Positions 19,951 through 28,725 of a stretch of DNA of 64,000 nt are shown piece after piece; position 1 is the first letter of the stretch; each line of letters opens with the position of its first letter. Source of the DNA: Clostridiaceae bacterium. GTDB lineage: Bacteria; Bacillota; Clostridia; Oscillospirales; Butyricicoccaceae. The notes beneath the pieces were generated by a model, which saw nothing but the letters and a program-made list of their open reading frames with translations, did no database searches and was not told the DNA's origin. A program made the translations under genes and the position numbers. The stretch is taken from NCBI GenBank assembly GCA_016293155.1, contig JAEDEU010000001.1, positions 3,198-67,197 on the forward strand. The letters run 5' to 3'.

Positions 19951-21452
19951 TGGCGAAGTGCATCATGGTGCAGGGCACCACATCCAACGCGGGCAAAAGC
20001 CTGACGGTTGCGGCGCTGTGCCGCATTTTTGCGCAGGACGGATACAGAGTAGCGCCGTTCAAGTCGCAGAACATGGCGCTCAATTCGTTCATCACGGCGG
20101 ACGGCATGGAGATGGGGCGTGCGCAGGTCGTACAGGCGGAGGCGGCAGGTCTCGCGCCCGATGTGCGCATGAACCCGATTCTGCTCAAGCCGACCAGCGA
20201 CTGCGGCTCACAGGTGATCGTGAACGGAAAGCCGATCGGCAATATGCGTGCGGCGGAATATTTTCGCTTCAAAACCCAGCTGATTCCGGATATTATGCAG
20301 GCGTACAACAGCCTTGCGGCGGAAAACGATATTATTGTGATCGAGGGTGCGGGCAGCCCGGCGGAGATCAATCTCAAGGCGCAGGACATCGTGAACATGG
20401 GCATGGCGAAGCTGGCGGATGCTCCCGTGCTGCTGGTCGGGGATATCGACCGCGGCGGCGTGTTCGCATCGCTGTACGGCACGGTGGAGCTGCTGGAGCC
20501 GGACGAGCGCGCCCGCATCAAGGGACTGATTATCAACAAATTCCGCGGCGATCCGGCGATTCTGGAGCCCGGACTGGATATGCTGGAGGAAAAGGTGCAC
20601 ATCCCGTTTGTCGGCGTGGTGCCGTACCTGCACGTGGACATCGACGACGAGGACAGCCTTTCCGAGCGGCTGAGCAGTGCGCAGGATACCAAGGCGCTGC
20701 TGGACATCGCGGTCATCCGCCTGCCGCGGCTGTCCAATTTTACCGATTTCGACCCGCTGGGACGGCAGGAGGGCGTATCGCTCCGTTATGTCGGCTCGGT
20801 CGAGGCGCTCGGACAGCCGGATCTGATTCTGCTGCCCGGCAGCAAGAACACGATGGGCGACCTGCGCTGGCTGCGTCAGAACGGACTAGAGGCGGAGATC
20901 AAAAAATATGCCGCGGCAGGCGGTGCGGTGATCGGCATCTGCGGCGGCTATCAGATGATGGGCGAAACGCTGTCCGACCCGCACGGCGTGGAGGACGGCG
21001 GCGCGATGGACGGCATCGGACTGCTGCCCATGCACACGGAATTTTCCATGGAAAAAACCACCTCGCAGGTCACGGGCGCATTCCGGACGGTGGACGGCGC
21101 GTTTTCTGCTCTGTCCGACCAGTCGTTTGCCGGCTATGAAATTCACATGGGCGTGAGCACCTCCAGCGGCGGTGCGCCGCTTACAAGGCTCAGCCGTTCG
21201 GGCGAAGCAGTATCGGACGGCTTACAAAATGGCAGCTGCCTCGGCACCTATGTGCACGGCATCTTTGACAGCGAGGAGGTCTGCCGTGCGCTTGTGCGCA
21301 CGCTGCTCAAGCGCAGAGGACTGAGCGAGGACGCGCTCACGGTCATCAGCCACGAGGAATATCGTCGGCAGCAGTATGACCTGCTCGCGGACAGCGTGCG
21401 GAAGTCGCTGGATATGGATGCAATCTATCGGATTTTGAATGGAGAAGCGTGA
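19950..21452 (+). CDS. cobQ: Cobyric acid synthase CobQ/CbiP
   Basis: [18 protein letters not shown]-loop and C-terminal amidotransferase [12 protein letters not shown] 19950 overlaps the cobD TAA. Confidence 0.9.
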   Translation: MAKCIMVQGTTSNAGKSLTVAALCRIFAQDGYRVAPFKSQNMALNSFITADGMEMGRAQVVQAEAAGLAPDVRMNPILLKPTSDCGSQVIVNGKPIGNMRAAEYFRFKTQLIPDIMQAYNSLAAENDIIVIEGAGSPAEINLKAQDIVNMGMAKLADAPVLLVGDIDRGGVFASLYGTVELLEPDERARIKGLIINKFRGDPAILEPGLDMLEEKVHIPFVGVVPYLHVDIDDEDSLSERLSSAQDTKALLDIAVIRLPRLSNFTDFDPLGRQEGVSLRYVGSVEALGQPDLILLPGSKNTMGDLRWLRQNGLEAEIKKYAAAGGAVIGICGGYQMMGETLSDPHGVEDGGAMDGIGLLPMHTEFSMEKTTSQVTGAFRTVDGAFSALSDQSFAGYEIHMGVSTSSGGAPLTRLSRSGEAVSDGLQNGSCLGTYVHGIFDSEEVCRALVRTLLKRRGLSEDALTVISHEEYRRQQYDLLADSVRKSLDMDAIYRILNGEA

Positions 21453-21973
21453 TGGAACAGGGACTGATTCACATCTACCACGGGGACGGCAAGGGAAAAA
21501 CCACCTGCGCCTTCGGTCTGGCGCTCCGGTGCGCGGGCTGCGGTGAGAAGGTCGTGATTTTGCAGCTGCTCAAGGGCGGCGAGACCGGCGAGGTCGAGGC
21601 GCTTTCGCGCTTTTCCAATGTCGAGCTGGTACGCGGCAATCCCGCAGAAAAGTTCACCTTTCAGATGAACGAGGCGGAGCTTGCCGCCGTGCGCGCCGAG
21701 CACGACCGCAATTTTGCCGAGGCCGTCCGGCTGGCGCAGAATGCGCGGATGCTGGTGATCGACGAGCTGATGGCGGCATGGAACAAGGAGCTGATCGACC
21801 GCGCGGCGGTGCTTGATTTTCTTGACCACAAGCCGGAGCGGCTGGAGGTCGTGCTGACCGGACGCAATCCGCCGGAGGAGCTGCTGCGGCGTGCGGATTA
21901 TATCACGGAAATGAAAAAACAGCGTCATCCGTTTGACTGCGGCATCTGTGCGCGTCGCGGGATTGAGCTGTAA
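21449..21973 (+). CDS. cobO: Cob(I)yrinic acid a,c-diamide adenosyltransferase (CobO/BtuR type)
   Basis: [24 protein letters not shown]-loop, 174 aa. GTG 21449 or ATG 21452 overlaps the cobQ stop. Confidence 0.85.
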   Translation: MMEQGLIHIYHGDGKGKTTCAFGLALRCAGCGEKVVILQLLKGGETGEVEALSRFSNVELVRGNPAEKFTFQMNEAELAAVRAEHDRNFAEAVRLAQNARMLVIDELMAAWNKELIDRAAVLDFLDHKPERLEVVLTGRNPPEELLRRADYITEMKKQRHPFDCGICARRGIEL

Positions 21974-22015
21974 GGAATGCAGGGACAGGCGAATGCTCCG
22001 CGAAGGGAGGACATC

Positions 22016-22651
22016 ATGTTTGAAATTGTAAAACCGAATGAAATTGAAAAAAAGAGCTTTGAAATCATCACCTCAGAGCTGGGCGGACGCACCTTTGCGC
22101 CGGAGATCGAGCCGATTGTCAAGCGCGTCATCCACACAAGTGCGGATTTCGACTATGCGGACAATCTGGTGTTCACGGAGGGTGCCGTGCCGCGCGCGCT
22201 GGAGGCGCTCAAACACGGCGCACATATCGTCACGGATACCACCATGGCGATGAGCGGCATCAACAAGCGCACGCTCGCGGCGCTCGGCGGTGAGGTACAC
22301 TGTTTTATCGGAGACGAGGATGTGGCACAGCAGGCGAAGGAACGCGGCGTGACGCGCTCCATGGTTTCCATGGAAAAGGCGGCGGCGATGGAGGTTCCGC
22401 TGATCTTTGCCATCGGCAATGCGCCGACCGCGCTCATCAGCCTGTGCGAGCTGATGGACAGGGGTGCGGTATCGCCGGAGCTGGTGATCGGCGTGCCGGT
22501 GGGCTTTGTCAATGTGGTGGAATCCAAGGAGCTGGTGCTGGAGCACGAGGTGCCCGCCATTGTTGCGCGCGGGCGCAAGGGCGGCAGCAATGTTGCCGCG
22601 GCGATTGTCAACGCACTGCTGTATCAGGTCAGACAGCGCGAGGGATTTTAA
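22016..22651 (+). CDS. cbiC: Cobalt-precorrin-8 methylmutase CbiC
   Basis: MFEIVKPNEIEKKSFEII..., VIHTSADFDY and GNAPTAL motifs. GGGAGG lies upstream of ATG 22016. An alternative upstream start is 21977. Confidence 0.85.
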   Translation: MFEIVKPNEIEKKSFEIITSELGGRTFAPEIEPIVKRVIHTSADFDYADNLVFTEGAVPRALEALKHGAHIVTDTTMAMSGINKRTLAALGGEVHCFIGDEDVAQQAKERGVTRSMVSMEKAAAMEVPLIFAIGNAPTALISLCELMDRGAVSPELVIGVPVGFVNVVESKELVLEHEVPAIVARGRKGGSNVAAAIVNALLYQVRQREGF

Positions 22652-22667
22652 ACCGGAGGGATCGGAA

Positions 22668-23726
22668 ATGACACTGGAGCAGACGATAAACCGGATTCGT
22701 CCCGCGGATGCGGATGCAATGGCGCGTGCATGGCAGCACTGGGACTCCATTGCAAAGCCGCTGCGCAGTCTGGGACTGCTGGAGGAGGCGGTGGTTCAGC
22801 TCGCGGGCATTCAGCGCACGCCGGATATCCGCATCGACCGCCGCCGCGTGGTCGTCATGTGCGCGGACAACGGCATTGTGGCGCAGGGCGTGACGCAGAG
22901 TGAGCAGCATGTGACCGCCGTGGTCACGGAAAATATCGCGCGGCATAACTCCTCGGTCTGCCGCATGGCGGCATCGCTCGGCGCGGAGGTGGTTCCGGTG
23001 GATGTCGGCGTCGCGGAGGAGGTGCACGCGGACGGGATTGTTTCGCGCAAAATCGCACACGGTACGCAGGATTTTACGCAGACGCGCGCCATGACGCGGG
23101 AGCAGGCGGTGCAGGCGATCGAGGTCGGCATTGAGATGGCGGAGCGCGCACAGGCAGACGGCATCAATCTGCTTGCGGCGGGCGAGATGGGCATCGGCAA
23201 TACGACCACCTCGGCGGCGATTGCCGCGGTTCTGCTGGGAGCGGAGCCGGAGACGGTCACAGGGCGCGGCTCGGGTCTGACGAGCGCGGGATTGCAAAAG
23301 AAGATTCAGGTCATCCGCGACGGCATCGCCCTGCATCAGCCGGATCCGGAGGACATCGTGGATGTGCTCAGCGCGGTGGGCGGCTTTGACCTGTGCGCGA
23401 TGTGCGGACTGTATCTGGGCGCGGCGGCACTGGGCATCGGCGTGGTGCTGGACGGGATTATCTCCTGTGTGGCGGCGCTGTGTGCGTGCCGGCTGTGTCC
23501 CGAGGCGGCGGACTACCTGATTGCCTCGCACCAGTCGGCGGAGCCTGCGGGCAAAATGCTGCTGGATGCACTGCACAAAAAGCCGATCATTCTGGCAAAT
23601 ATGGCGCTCGGTGAGGGCACCGGTGCGGTTGCATTGTGGCCGCTGCTCGATCTCGCACTGACTGTGTACCGCGAGATGTGCACCTTTGACCAGACGGATA
23701 TCGGCGTATATGTGCCGCTCAAGTAA
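22668..23726 (+). CDS. cobT: Nicotinate-nucleotide--dimethylbenzimidazole phosphoribosyltransferase CobT
   Basis: WDSIAKPLRSLGLLE, GEMGIGNTTTSAA and LGEGTGA motifs, 352 aa. GGAGGG lies upstream of ATG 22668. Confidence 0.9.
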   Translation: MTLEQTINRIRPADADAMARAWQHWDSIAKPLRSLGLLEEAVVQLAGIQRTPDIRIDRRRVVVMCADNGIVAQGVTQSEQHVTAVVTENIARHNSSVCRMAASLGAEVVPVDVGVAEEVHADGIVSRKIAHGTQDFTQTRAMTREQAVQAIEVGIEMAERAQADGINLLAAGEMGIGNTTTSAAIAAVLLGAEPETVTGRGSGLTSAGLQKKIQVIRDGIALHQPDPEDIVDVLSAVGGFDLCAMCGLYLGAAALGIGVVLDGIISCVAALCACRLCPEAADYLIASHQSAEPAGKMLLDALHKKPIILANMALGEGTGAVALWPLLDLALTVYREMCTFDQTDIGVYVPLK

Positions 23727-23759
23727 GGCAAAAATGTCTTGTCACAAGGAGGAAACCCG

Positions 23760-24452
23760 ATGAATCCACTCCGCGAACAGATCGCCGCGCATCTGCACGG
23801 GCTTGCGGATGAGCAGTACCGGATTTTTCACAGCGGACTGTGTCCCGGAACGGACAACATTCTGGGCGTGCGCACGCCGGTGCTGCGGCAATACGCAAAG
23901 GAGCTGCTGCGGCAGTATCCGGCGGAGCAGCTGCTCGAAGCCGTCGGAAGTGACTGGTACGAGGAAATTCTGCTGCGCGGTCTGCTGATCGGTCTGGATC
24001 AATCCGCGCCATGGGAGATCACGTGGGCGCGTGTGGAGGCGTTTGTGCCTCTGATTGACAACTGGGCAGTGTGTGATCTGTTCTGCGCCGGACTGAAAGT
24101 CGTCAAAAAGCACCGCGCGGAGATGCTCGCACGCATTCAGCCCTATCTGACCGCGCCGGAGGAATTTTCCGTGCGGTTTGCGCTGGTGATTCTGCTGGAT
24201 TACTATATCGAAGAAAACACACTGGAAACCGTGTTTGACGCGGTGCGCCGCGTGCGGCATGACGGGTATTATGTCAAAATGGCGGCGGCATGGCTGATTT
24301 CCGTCTGTCTGGTCAAGCAGTACGGGCAGACGGTGACGTTTTTGCAGACCGCTGAGCTGGACGAATGGACGCGCCGCAAGGCAATCCAGAAGGCGCGGGA
24401 GTCCCGCCGCCTGACAGCGGAGCAAAAGGAATTTTTAAAGACGCTGAAATAA
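23760..24452 (+). CDS. DNA alkylation repair (AlkD-like HEAT-repeat) family protein
   Basis: 230-aa helical-repeat protein (LGVRTPVLRQYAKELL..., DNWAVCDLFC, YYVKMAAAWLIS). AAGGAGG lies upstream of ATG 23760. Only 33 nt separate it from cobT, with no terminator between. Confidence 0.65.
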   Translation: MNPLREQIAAHLHGLADEQYRIFHSGLCPGTDNILGVRTPVLRQYAKELLRQYPAEQLLEAVGSDWYEEILLRGLLIGLDQSAPWEITWARVEAFVPLIDNWAVCDLFCAGLKVVKKHRAEMLARIQPYLTAPEEFSVRFALVILLDYYIEENTLETVFDAVRRVRHDGYYVKMAAAWLISVCLVKQYGQTVTFLQTAELDEWTRRKAIQKARESRRLTAEQKEFLKTLK

Positions 24453-24455
24453 CAG

Positions 24456-24486
24456 AAACGGCAGGGTGTTCATCCCTGCCGTTTTT
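24456..24486. terminator. Bidirectional intrinsic terminator between convergent genes
   Basis: Stem AAACGGCAGGG / CCCTGCCGTTT with a 7-nt loop. T-run on plus, A-rich 5' flank serving the minus strand. Confidence 0.8.
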
Positions 24487-24490
24487 GATG

Positions 24491-25987
24491 TTATTCCTCC
24501 TCGCCGAACATCATACATTCGACGTAGTAATCCATAAAGGTTTCGCTTGTGGAGAGTGCAAGCTCGGTGGCGTTTTTGGAAAGGTCAAACGCCCTGTCCC
24601 GCAGTTCGGGCTGGAGCAGCAGCATAGCTGCGCCCGCAAGCGCGGCATTGCCCAAAAAGTGTACGCGGTCTGCCAGCACCGGCGGAATCAGTCCGATTGC
24701 TCCCGCCGACTGCGGATTCATGCTGGAACCGAAGCCGCCTGCGATGTACAGCGTGTCGATGTCCGCCAGCTCTACGCCGCGTTCCTCGGAGAGCGTCAGA
24801 ATGCCCGCACAGACCGCTGCCTTGGCGAGCTGAAGCTGCCGCACGTCCTTGGTGGAAATCCCCACCCTGTCCGTCAGCATAAAATCCTCCTCCAGAAAGC
24901 CGGAATCCTCCAGCTCCTCCAGCTTCAGCATCACGGCAAGGGCATCCAGCACGCCGGAGCCGCAGATGCCGGTCGGCTCGCCGCCGCCGATAACCTCGAA
25001 CGTCACGTTGTCCTCCGCGTCACAGGAGACCGTGCGGATGGCACCGTCCGCGGCAGGCATACCGCAGGACAGACCCGCACCCTCGAACGCCGGACCGGCT
25101 GCCGTGGAGCAGCAGACCAGCTCGCCGTCGTGCAGCAGCGCCATCTCGCCGTTGGTGCCGATGTCCGCGAGCAGGGAGGTGTTCGATTGATCCGCCATGC
25201 CGGAGGCGAGAATTGCACAGGTGATATCCGCACCGACATATGCGCCCGTACAGCGCGGCAGATAGACCGGCGCACCGGCAAGCGTGCGCGTGCTGATGCG
25301 TCCGAAATCCGACTGCACCTTGAACGGGGAAACCGCCAGAGAAGCGGGATCCAGTCCCTCGAACAGGTGCAGCATCGTGCTGTTGCCGGTGACAACCGAC
25401 TCGGTGATTTCTGAAACGCCAGACTCTGCCATGCACTGTGCCGCGAGCTCCTCCAGCTGATCGCAGATTGCCGCCTGAACCGTGCTCAGTCCGACCTCCG
25501 CACAGGCGGAGATGCGCGAGATGACATCCGCGCCGAAGCGGCGCTGACGGTTTTCCTCCGCGCGCTCGGCAAGCACTGTGCCGGTGGAGCGGTCATACAG
25601 GCGCACAACGACGGTGGTGGTGCCGATGTCCACGGCGAGTCCGCAGCCGGTCTGCGTGCAGACCACCGGAAGCGCCTCCGCCCAGGTCAAAATGCGTGCG
25701 TGCTCGTCCGTGTGCAGCTCGACGGTGCAGTCGCCCTCTGCGCGGCAGGAGCACGCCAGACGGATTCCGGCAGCGCGGTCGGCATCCGAAAGATGGGAAA
25801 GCTCATGCGCATCCGGTGCACTGACCGCGCCGCGCACGGTCACGCGGCATTTGCCGCAGGTGTGATTGCCCGCGCAGGGCAGAGGAAAGTCGCAGCCCGC
25901 ATGGGTGATCGCCTCGGAAAGCAGGGCGCCGGACGGCAGCTCAACCGAATGGGTGTGGTTTTTGGAAATAATCGTGATGATGCTCAT
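24491..25987 (-). CDS. Corrinoid reductive-activation protein (RACo-like): N-terminal [2Fe-2S] ferredoxin + ASKHA-fold ATPase
   Basis: N-terminus CAGNHTCGKC...LACSC is a plant-type ferredoxin Cys pattern. The remainder is an actin/sugar-kinase-like ATPase (LAVDIGTTTVV, LADIGTNGEM, YIAGGFGS). GAGGAGGA lies upstream. ATG 25987 overlaps the upstream gene stop (ATGA). Confidence 0.8.
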   Translation of the reverse strand: MSIITIISKNHTHSVELPSGALLSEAITHAGCDFPLPCAGNHTCGKCRVTVRGAVSAPDAHELSHLSDADRAAGIRLACSCRAEGDCTVELHTDEHARILTWAEALPVVCTQTGCGLAVDIGTTTVVVRLYDRSTGTVLAERAEENRQRRFGADVISRISACAEVGLSTVQAAICDQLEELAAQCMAESGVSEITESVVTGNSTMLHLFEGLDPASLAVSPFKVQSDFGRISTRTLAGAPVYLPRCTGAYVGADITCAILASGMADQSNTSLLADIGTNGEMALLHDGELVCCSTAAGPAFEGAGLSCGMPAADGAIRTVSCDAEDNVTFEVIGGGEPTGICGSGVLDALAVMLKLEELEDSGFLEEDFMLTDRVGISTKDVRQLQLAKAAVCAGILTLSEERGVELADIDTLYIAGGFGSSMNPQSAGAIGLIPPVLADRVHFLGNAALAGAAMLLLQPELRDRAFDLSKNATELALSTSETFMDYYVECMMFGEEE

Positions 25988-26733
25988 AAATCCTCCTCTA
26001 CGGGCAGCGCCTGAAACTTTTTGCCGGTAAATTCCTCCGCCACGCGGCAGCCCGGCGGGCAGGTGAGAAAGCGGGATTCCTCCCACGGGCCGTTCAGCAG
26101 GGCATGAAGAAAGGTGTTGTCGCCCTGCTCGCAGTGGTATTCCCAGCCGAAGTGCTCCGCAGCCTCCTTGGTGTACGTCTCGTGCTCCGGACGCTCACAC
26201 ACCGGACTTTTGATATAACAGCAGTGATGGTAGTTTTTGATCCAGGAATTTTCCATCTCTAACAGATACTCTGCGTTGTCCTCGCCGTATTCCTCGATAT
26301 ACTGCTCCAGCCTCGTCTGATAGCTGCGCTCGGACGGGGTGAAGGCGTTTTCAATCCAGCCGGTATTGTACCAGTAGCAGCCGGCATATTGCTTGAACAG
26401 CGCGAGATAGCGCTCGGAGGAGCCGAGAAACAGGGAAATGCAGTCGTCACAGCGCGGGATGACCAGCGGCAGCGAGCGCGCCCTCAGTCCGATCACGCCG
26501 TTGGAGCACAGACCGTAGCCCAGACAGATGATTTCAAAGCGCTTCTCCTCCGGCAGGCATTCGTTTTCTGCTTCAATGGCATCAATGGTCTTCTGCACGT
26601 CGCGGCGCAGCAGGTCGGGCGTGTCGTGCAGCCCCTGACGCAGCCACCAGGTACGGATGCAGTGGGAACTGGCGACCACCTCATAGGAAATTTCGCGGCT
26701 GAGTACCTGACAGCCGATCAGTGCGATGTTCAT
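25984..26733 (-). CDS. DUF1638-like, Cys-rich protein of unknown function
   Basis: 249 aa, MNIALIGCQVLSREI..., with Cys clusters CLGYGLC, RCDDC, HHCCYIKSPVC and CPPGC. GGAGGA lies 5 nt upstream of ATG 26733. Translationally coupled to the activase gene. Confidence 0.65.
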   Translation of the reverse strand: MNIALIGCQVLSREISYEVVASSHCIRTWWLRQGLHDTPDLLRRDVQKTIDAIEAENECLPEEKRFEIICLGYGLCSNGVIGLRARSLPLVIPRCDDCISLFLGSSERYLALFKQYAGCYWYNTGWIENAFTPSERSYQTRLEQYIEEYGEDNAEYLLEMENSWIKNYHHCCYIKSPVCERPEHETYTKEAAEHFGWEYHCEQGDNTFLHALLNGPWEESRFLTCPPGCRVAEEFTGKKFQALPVEEDL

Positions 26734-26800
26734 AATCATCCTCCATCGAAAGAAAAAATGGGACGGAAAAACCCGCCCCATTCGGTTTGTGTGACTGAGA

Positions 26801-27436
26801 TCAGGATGCTGCGCACAGCTCCAGAGCAACGTCTGCGGCGGTAGCTGCATCCTCGGTGTAGGTTGCACCGATGGACTCCGCAAAGTTTGCGGTGATCGGC
26901 GCGCCGCCGACCATAACCTTAACCGCGCCGTTCAGATCGGAAGCGGCAACTGCCTTGGTCACCTCTCCCATCTCCTGCATGGTGGTGGTCAGCAGAGCGG
27001 AGCAGCAGATGATCTTTGCATCGTTCTCGCGTGCTGCATCCAGGAACTTATCGACCGGTACGTCAACGCCGAGGTCGATGACCTTCAGACCCTTGCCCTC
27101 CATCATCATCTTAACCAGATTCTTGCCGATGTCGTGCATGTCGCCTGCAACGGTGCCGATGATTACGGTGCCCTTGTCCTCGACGCCTGCGGTAATCAGA
27201 TACGGACGCAGAACCTCGATGCCGCGGTTCATTGCGCGTGCAGCAACCAGAACCTCCGGAACGAATACTTCGTTGTTGCGGAACTTTTCGCCGATGATGC
27301 CCATGCCGTTGAGCAGACCGTTTTCCAGAATGTCCTGCGGTGCAACGCCCTCATCCAGAGCCTGCTGAACCAGCTTCTTAACCTTCGGTGCGCGTCCTGC
27401 CTGCAGCAGCTCACTGATTTCCTGTACGATAGCCAT
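26801..27436 (-). CDS. Methyltransferase-cognate corrinoid protein (B12-binding, MtaC/MtbC/MttC-like)
   Basis: N-terminal helical cap domain plus Rossmann B12 domain. It carries the base-off/His-on signature GDMHDIGKN (DxHxxG), then SALL and GGAP motifs. Start is ATG 27436 or 27442, downstream of GAGGAGGA. Confidence 0.85.
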   Translation of the reverse strand: MAIVQEISELLQAGRAPKVKKLVQQALDEGVAPQDILENGLLNGMGIIGEKFRNNEVFVPEVLVAARAMNRGIEVLRPYLITAGVEDKGTVIIGTVAGDMHDIGKNLVKMMMEGKGLKVIDLGVDVPVDKFLDAARENDAKIICCSALLTTTMQEMGEVTKAVAASDLNGAVKVMVGGAPITANFAESIGATYTEDAATAADVALELCAAS

Positions 27437-27505
27437 ATTCATAATCCTCCTCATAGGTTTTATCCTGCGGTTTCCACCAAATACGGTTCTGTTTTTCTTG
27501 ATTTT

Positions 27506-27533
27506 ATTATACAAAAATTACGGAGATATGCAA
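27506..27533 (-). promoter_or_regulatory. Candidate sigma-70 promoter of the corrinoid operon
   Basis: Minus strand reads TTGCAT - 16 nt - TATAAT, about 65 nt upstream of the corrinoid protein start. Confidence 0.45.
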
Positions 27534-27727
27534 TCGTGTATCCTGCGGTCGAGTTTCAATATTGTGCGGTTTTCCTGCTTTGGGAACACGGATTTACGGG
27601 AATCACTTTATGAAAAACCGGAATATTACCGATACTTTACAAAAACAGGGTAGATGTGCAATAATAGAGCAGTGATAATAAGAAAAAAAAGCGACGATGT
27701 AAACATAAAAGCAAAGGAGAAACAACA

Positions 27728-28510
27728 ATGCAGGAATTGCGTAATAAAAAAGGATTTATCTGCGATATGGACGGTGTCATCTACCGCGGCAACCGTCTGC
27801 TGCCGGGAGTGAAGGAGTTCGTGGACTGGCTGTACCGTGAGAACAAGCAGTTTTTGTTCCTGACCAACGCGAGCGAGCGTTCCCCGCGTGAGCTACAGCA
27901 AAAGCTGCGCCGTATGGGTCTGGAGGTCGGCGAGGAGCACTTTTATACAAGCGCACTGGCGACCGCGGCATTTTTAAAAAGCCAGGCGCCGGGATGCAGC
28001 GCATATGTGCTGGGCGGACCGGGTCTGGTCAATGCACTGTATGAAGCGGGCATCACGATGAACGATGTCGACCCGGATTATGTCATTGTCGGTGAGCCGG
28101 CGCATTATAACTTTGCAATGATCCAGAAGGCGATGGAGCTGGTGCTGAACGGCGCGCGCCTGATTGCGACCAATACCGACCTGACCGGCCCGACGGAAAA
28201 CGGTCTGGTGCCCGCCTGCCGCGCGCTGACCGCGCCGATTGAGCTGGCAACCGGAAAGCAGGCATACTTTGTCGGCAAGCCGAATCCGCTGATGATGCGC
28301 ACCGGTCTGACCCTGCTCGGCGTGCATTCGAGCGAGGCGGCAATGGTCGGCGACCGCATGGATACCGATATTGTTGCAGGCACGGAAAGCGGACTTGCGA
28401 CCGTTCTCGTCCTTTCCGGCTGCACCGCACGGGAGGATATTGCGCAGTATGCCTATCGTCCGCGCTATATTCTCGACGGAGTTGGTGACATTGTACCAAA
28501 AGACGAGTAA
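27728..28510 (+). CDS. HAD-IIA family sugar-phosphate phosphatase (NagD-like)
   Basis: FICDMDGVIYRG nucleophile motif, FLTNAS, GKPNP, GDRMDTDI. 260 aa. AAAGGAG RBS. Confidence 0.8.
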   Translation: MQELRNKKGFICDMDGVIYRGNRLLPGVKEFVDWLYRENKQFLFLTNASERSPRELQQKLRRMGLEVGEEHFYTSALATAAFLKSQAPGCSAYVLGGPGLVNALYEAGITMNDVDPDYVIVGEPAHYNFAMIQKAMELVLNGARLIATNTDLTGPTENGLVPACRALTAPIELATGKQAYFVGKPNPLMMRTGLTLLGVHSSEAAMVGDRMDTDIVAGTESGLATVLVLSGCTAREDIAQYAYRPRYILDGVGDIVPKDE

Positions 28511-28540
28511 AATTCATTTAAAGTGAGTAAAAACAGGGAA

Positions 28541-28566
28541 AACACCGCGAAAGCGGTGTTTTTTTA
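28541..28566 (+). terminator. Intrinsic terminator after the nagD-like gene
   Basis: AACACCGC-GAAA-GCGGTGTT followed by TTTTT. Confidence 0.8.
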
Positions 28567-28594
28567 TACTTTTTATTCGTGTAAAAACGGATAT

Positions 28595-28669
28595 TTTACA
28601 AAGAGAAGCGGCACTTTACAAAAGTTTTACGGCAGCGGAAATTTGGATTTTACAACCGCCTGATATACT
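28595..28669 (+). promoter_or_regulatory. pstS promoter with PhoP/PhoB-type direct repeats
   Basis: TTTACA at 28595, 28615 and 28649 and TTTACG at 28626 (28615 and 28626 are 11 bp apart). TATACT -10 lies at 28664-28669, and the proximal box replaces a -35. Confidence 0.55.
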
Positions 28670-28725
28670 GATTGCAGATCGAAAAAAGAAATCAAACAAA
28701 GCATTTTAAGAAAGGATCTTAAATC

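Noticed and set aside
24365-25414. 349-aa plus-strand ORF overlapping the RACo-like gene
   Set aside because: It is antisense to a gene with clear ferredoxin and ASKHA motifs, and it runs across the bidirectional terminator at 24456-24486.
27437-27727. Possible cobalamin riboswitch upstream of the corrinoid operon. The other large spacers (43144-43448, 46329-46490, 62354-62699) were checked as well.
   Set aside because: I found no B12-box-like core (GCCACUG-type) or the surrounding conserved helices by eye. A covariance-model scan would be needed for certainty.
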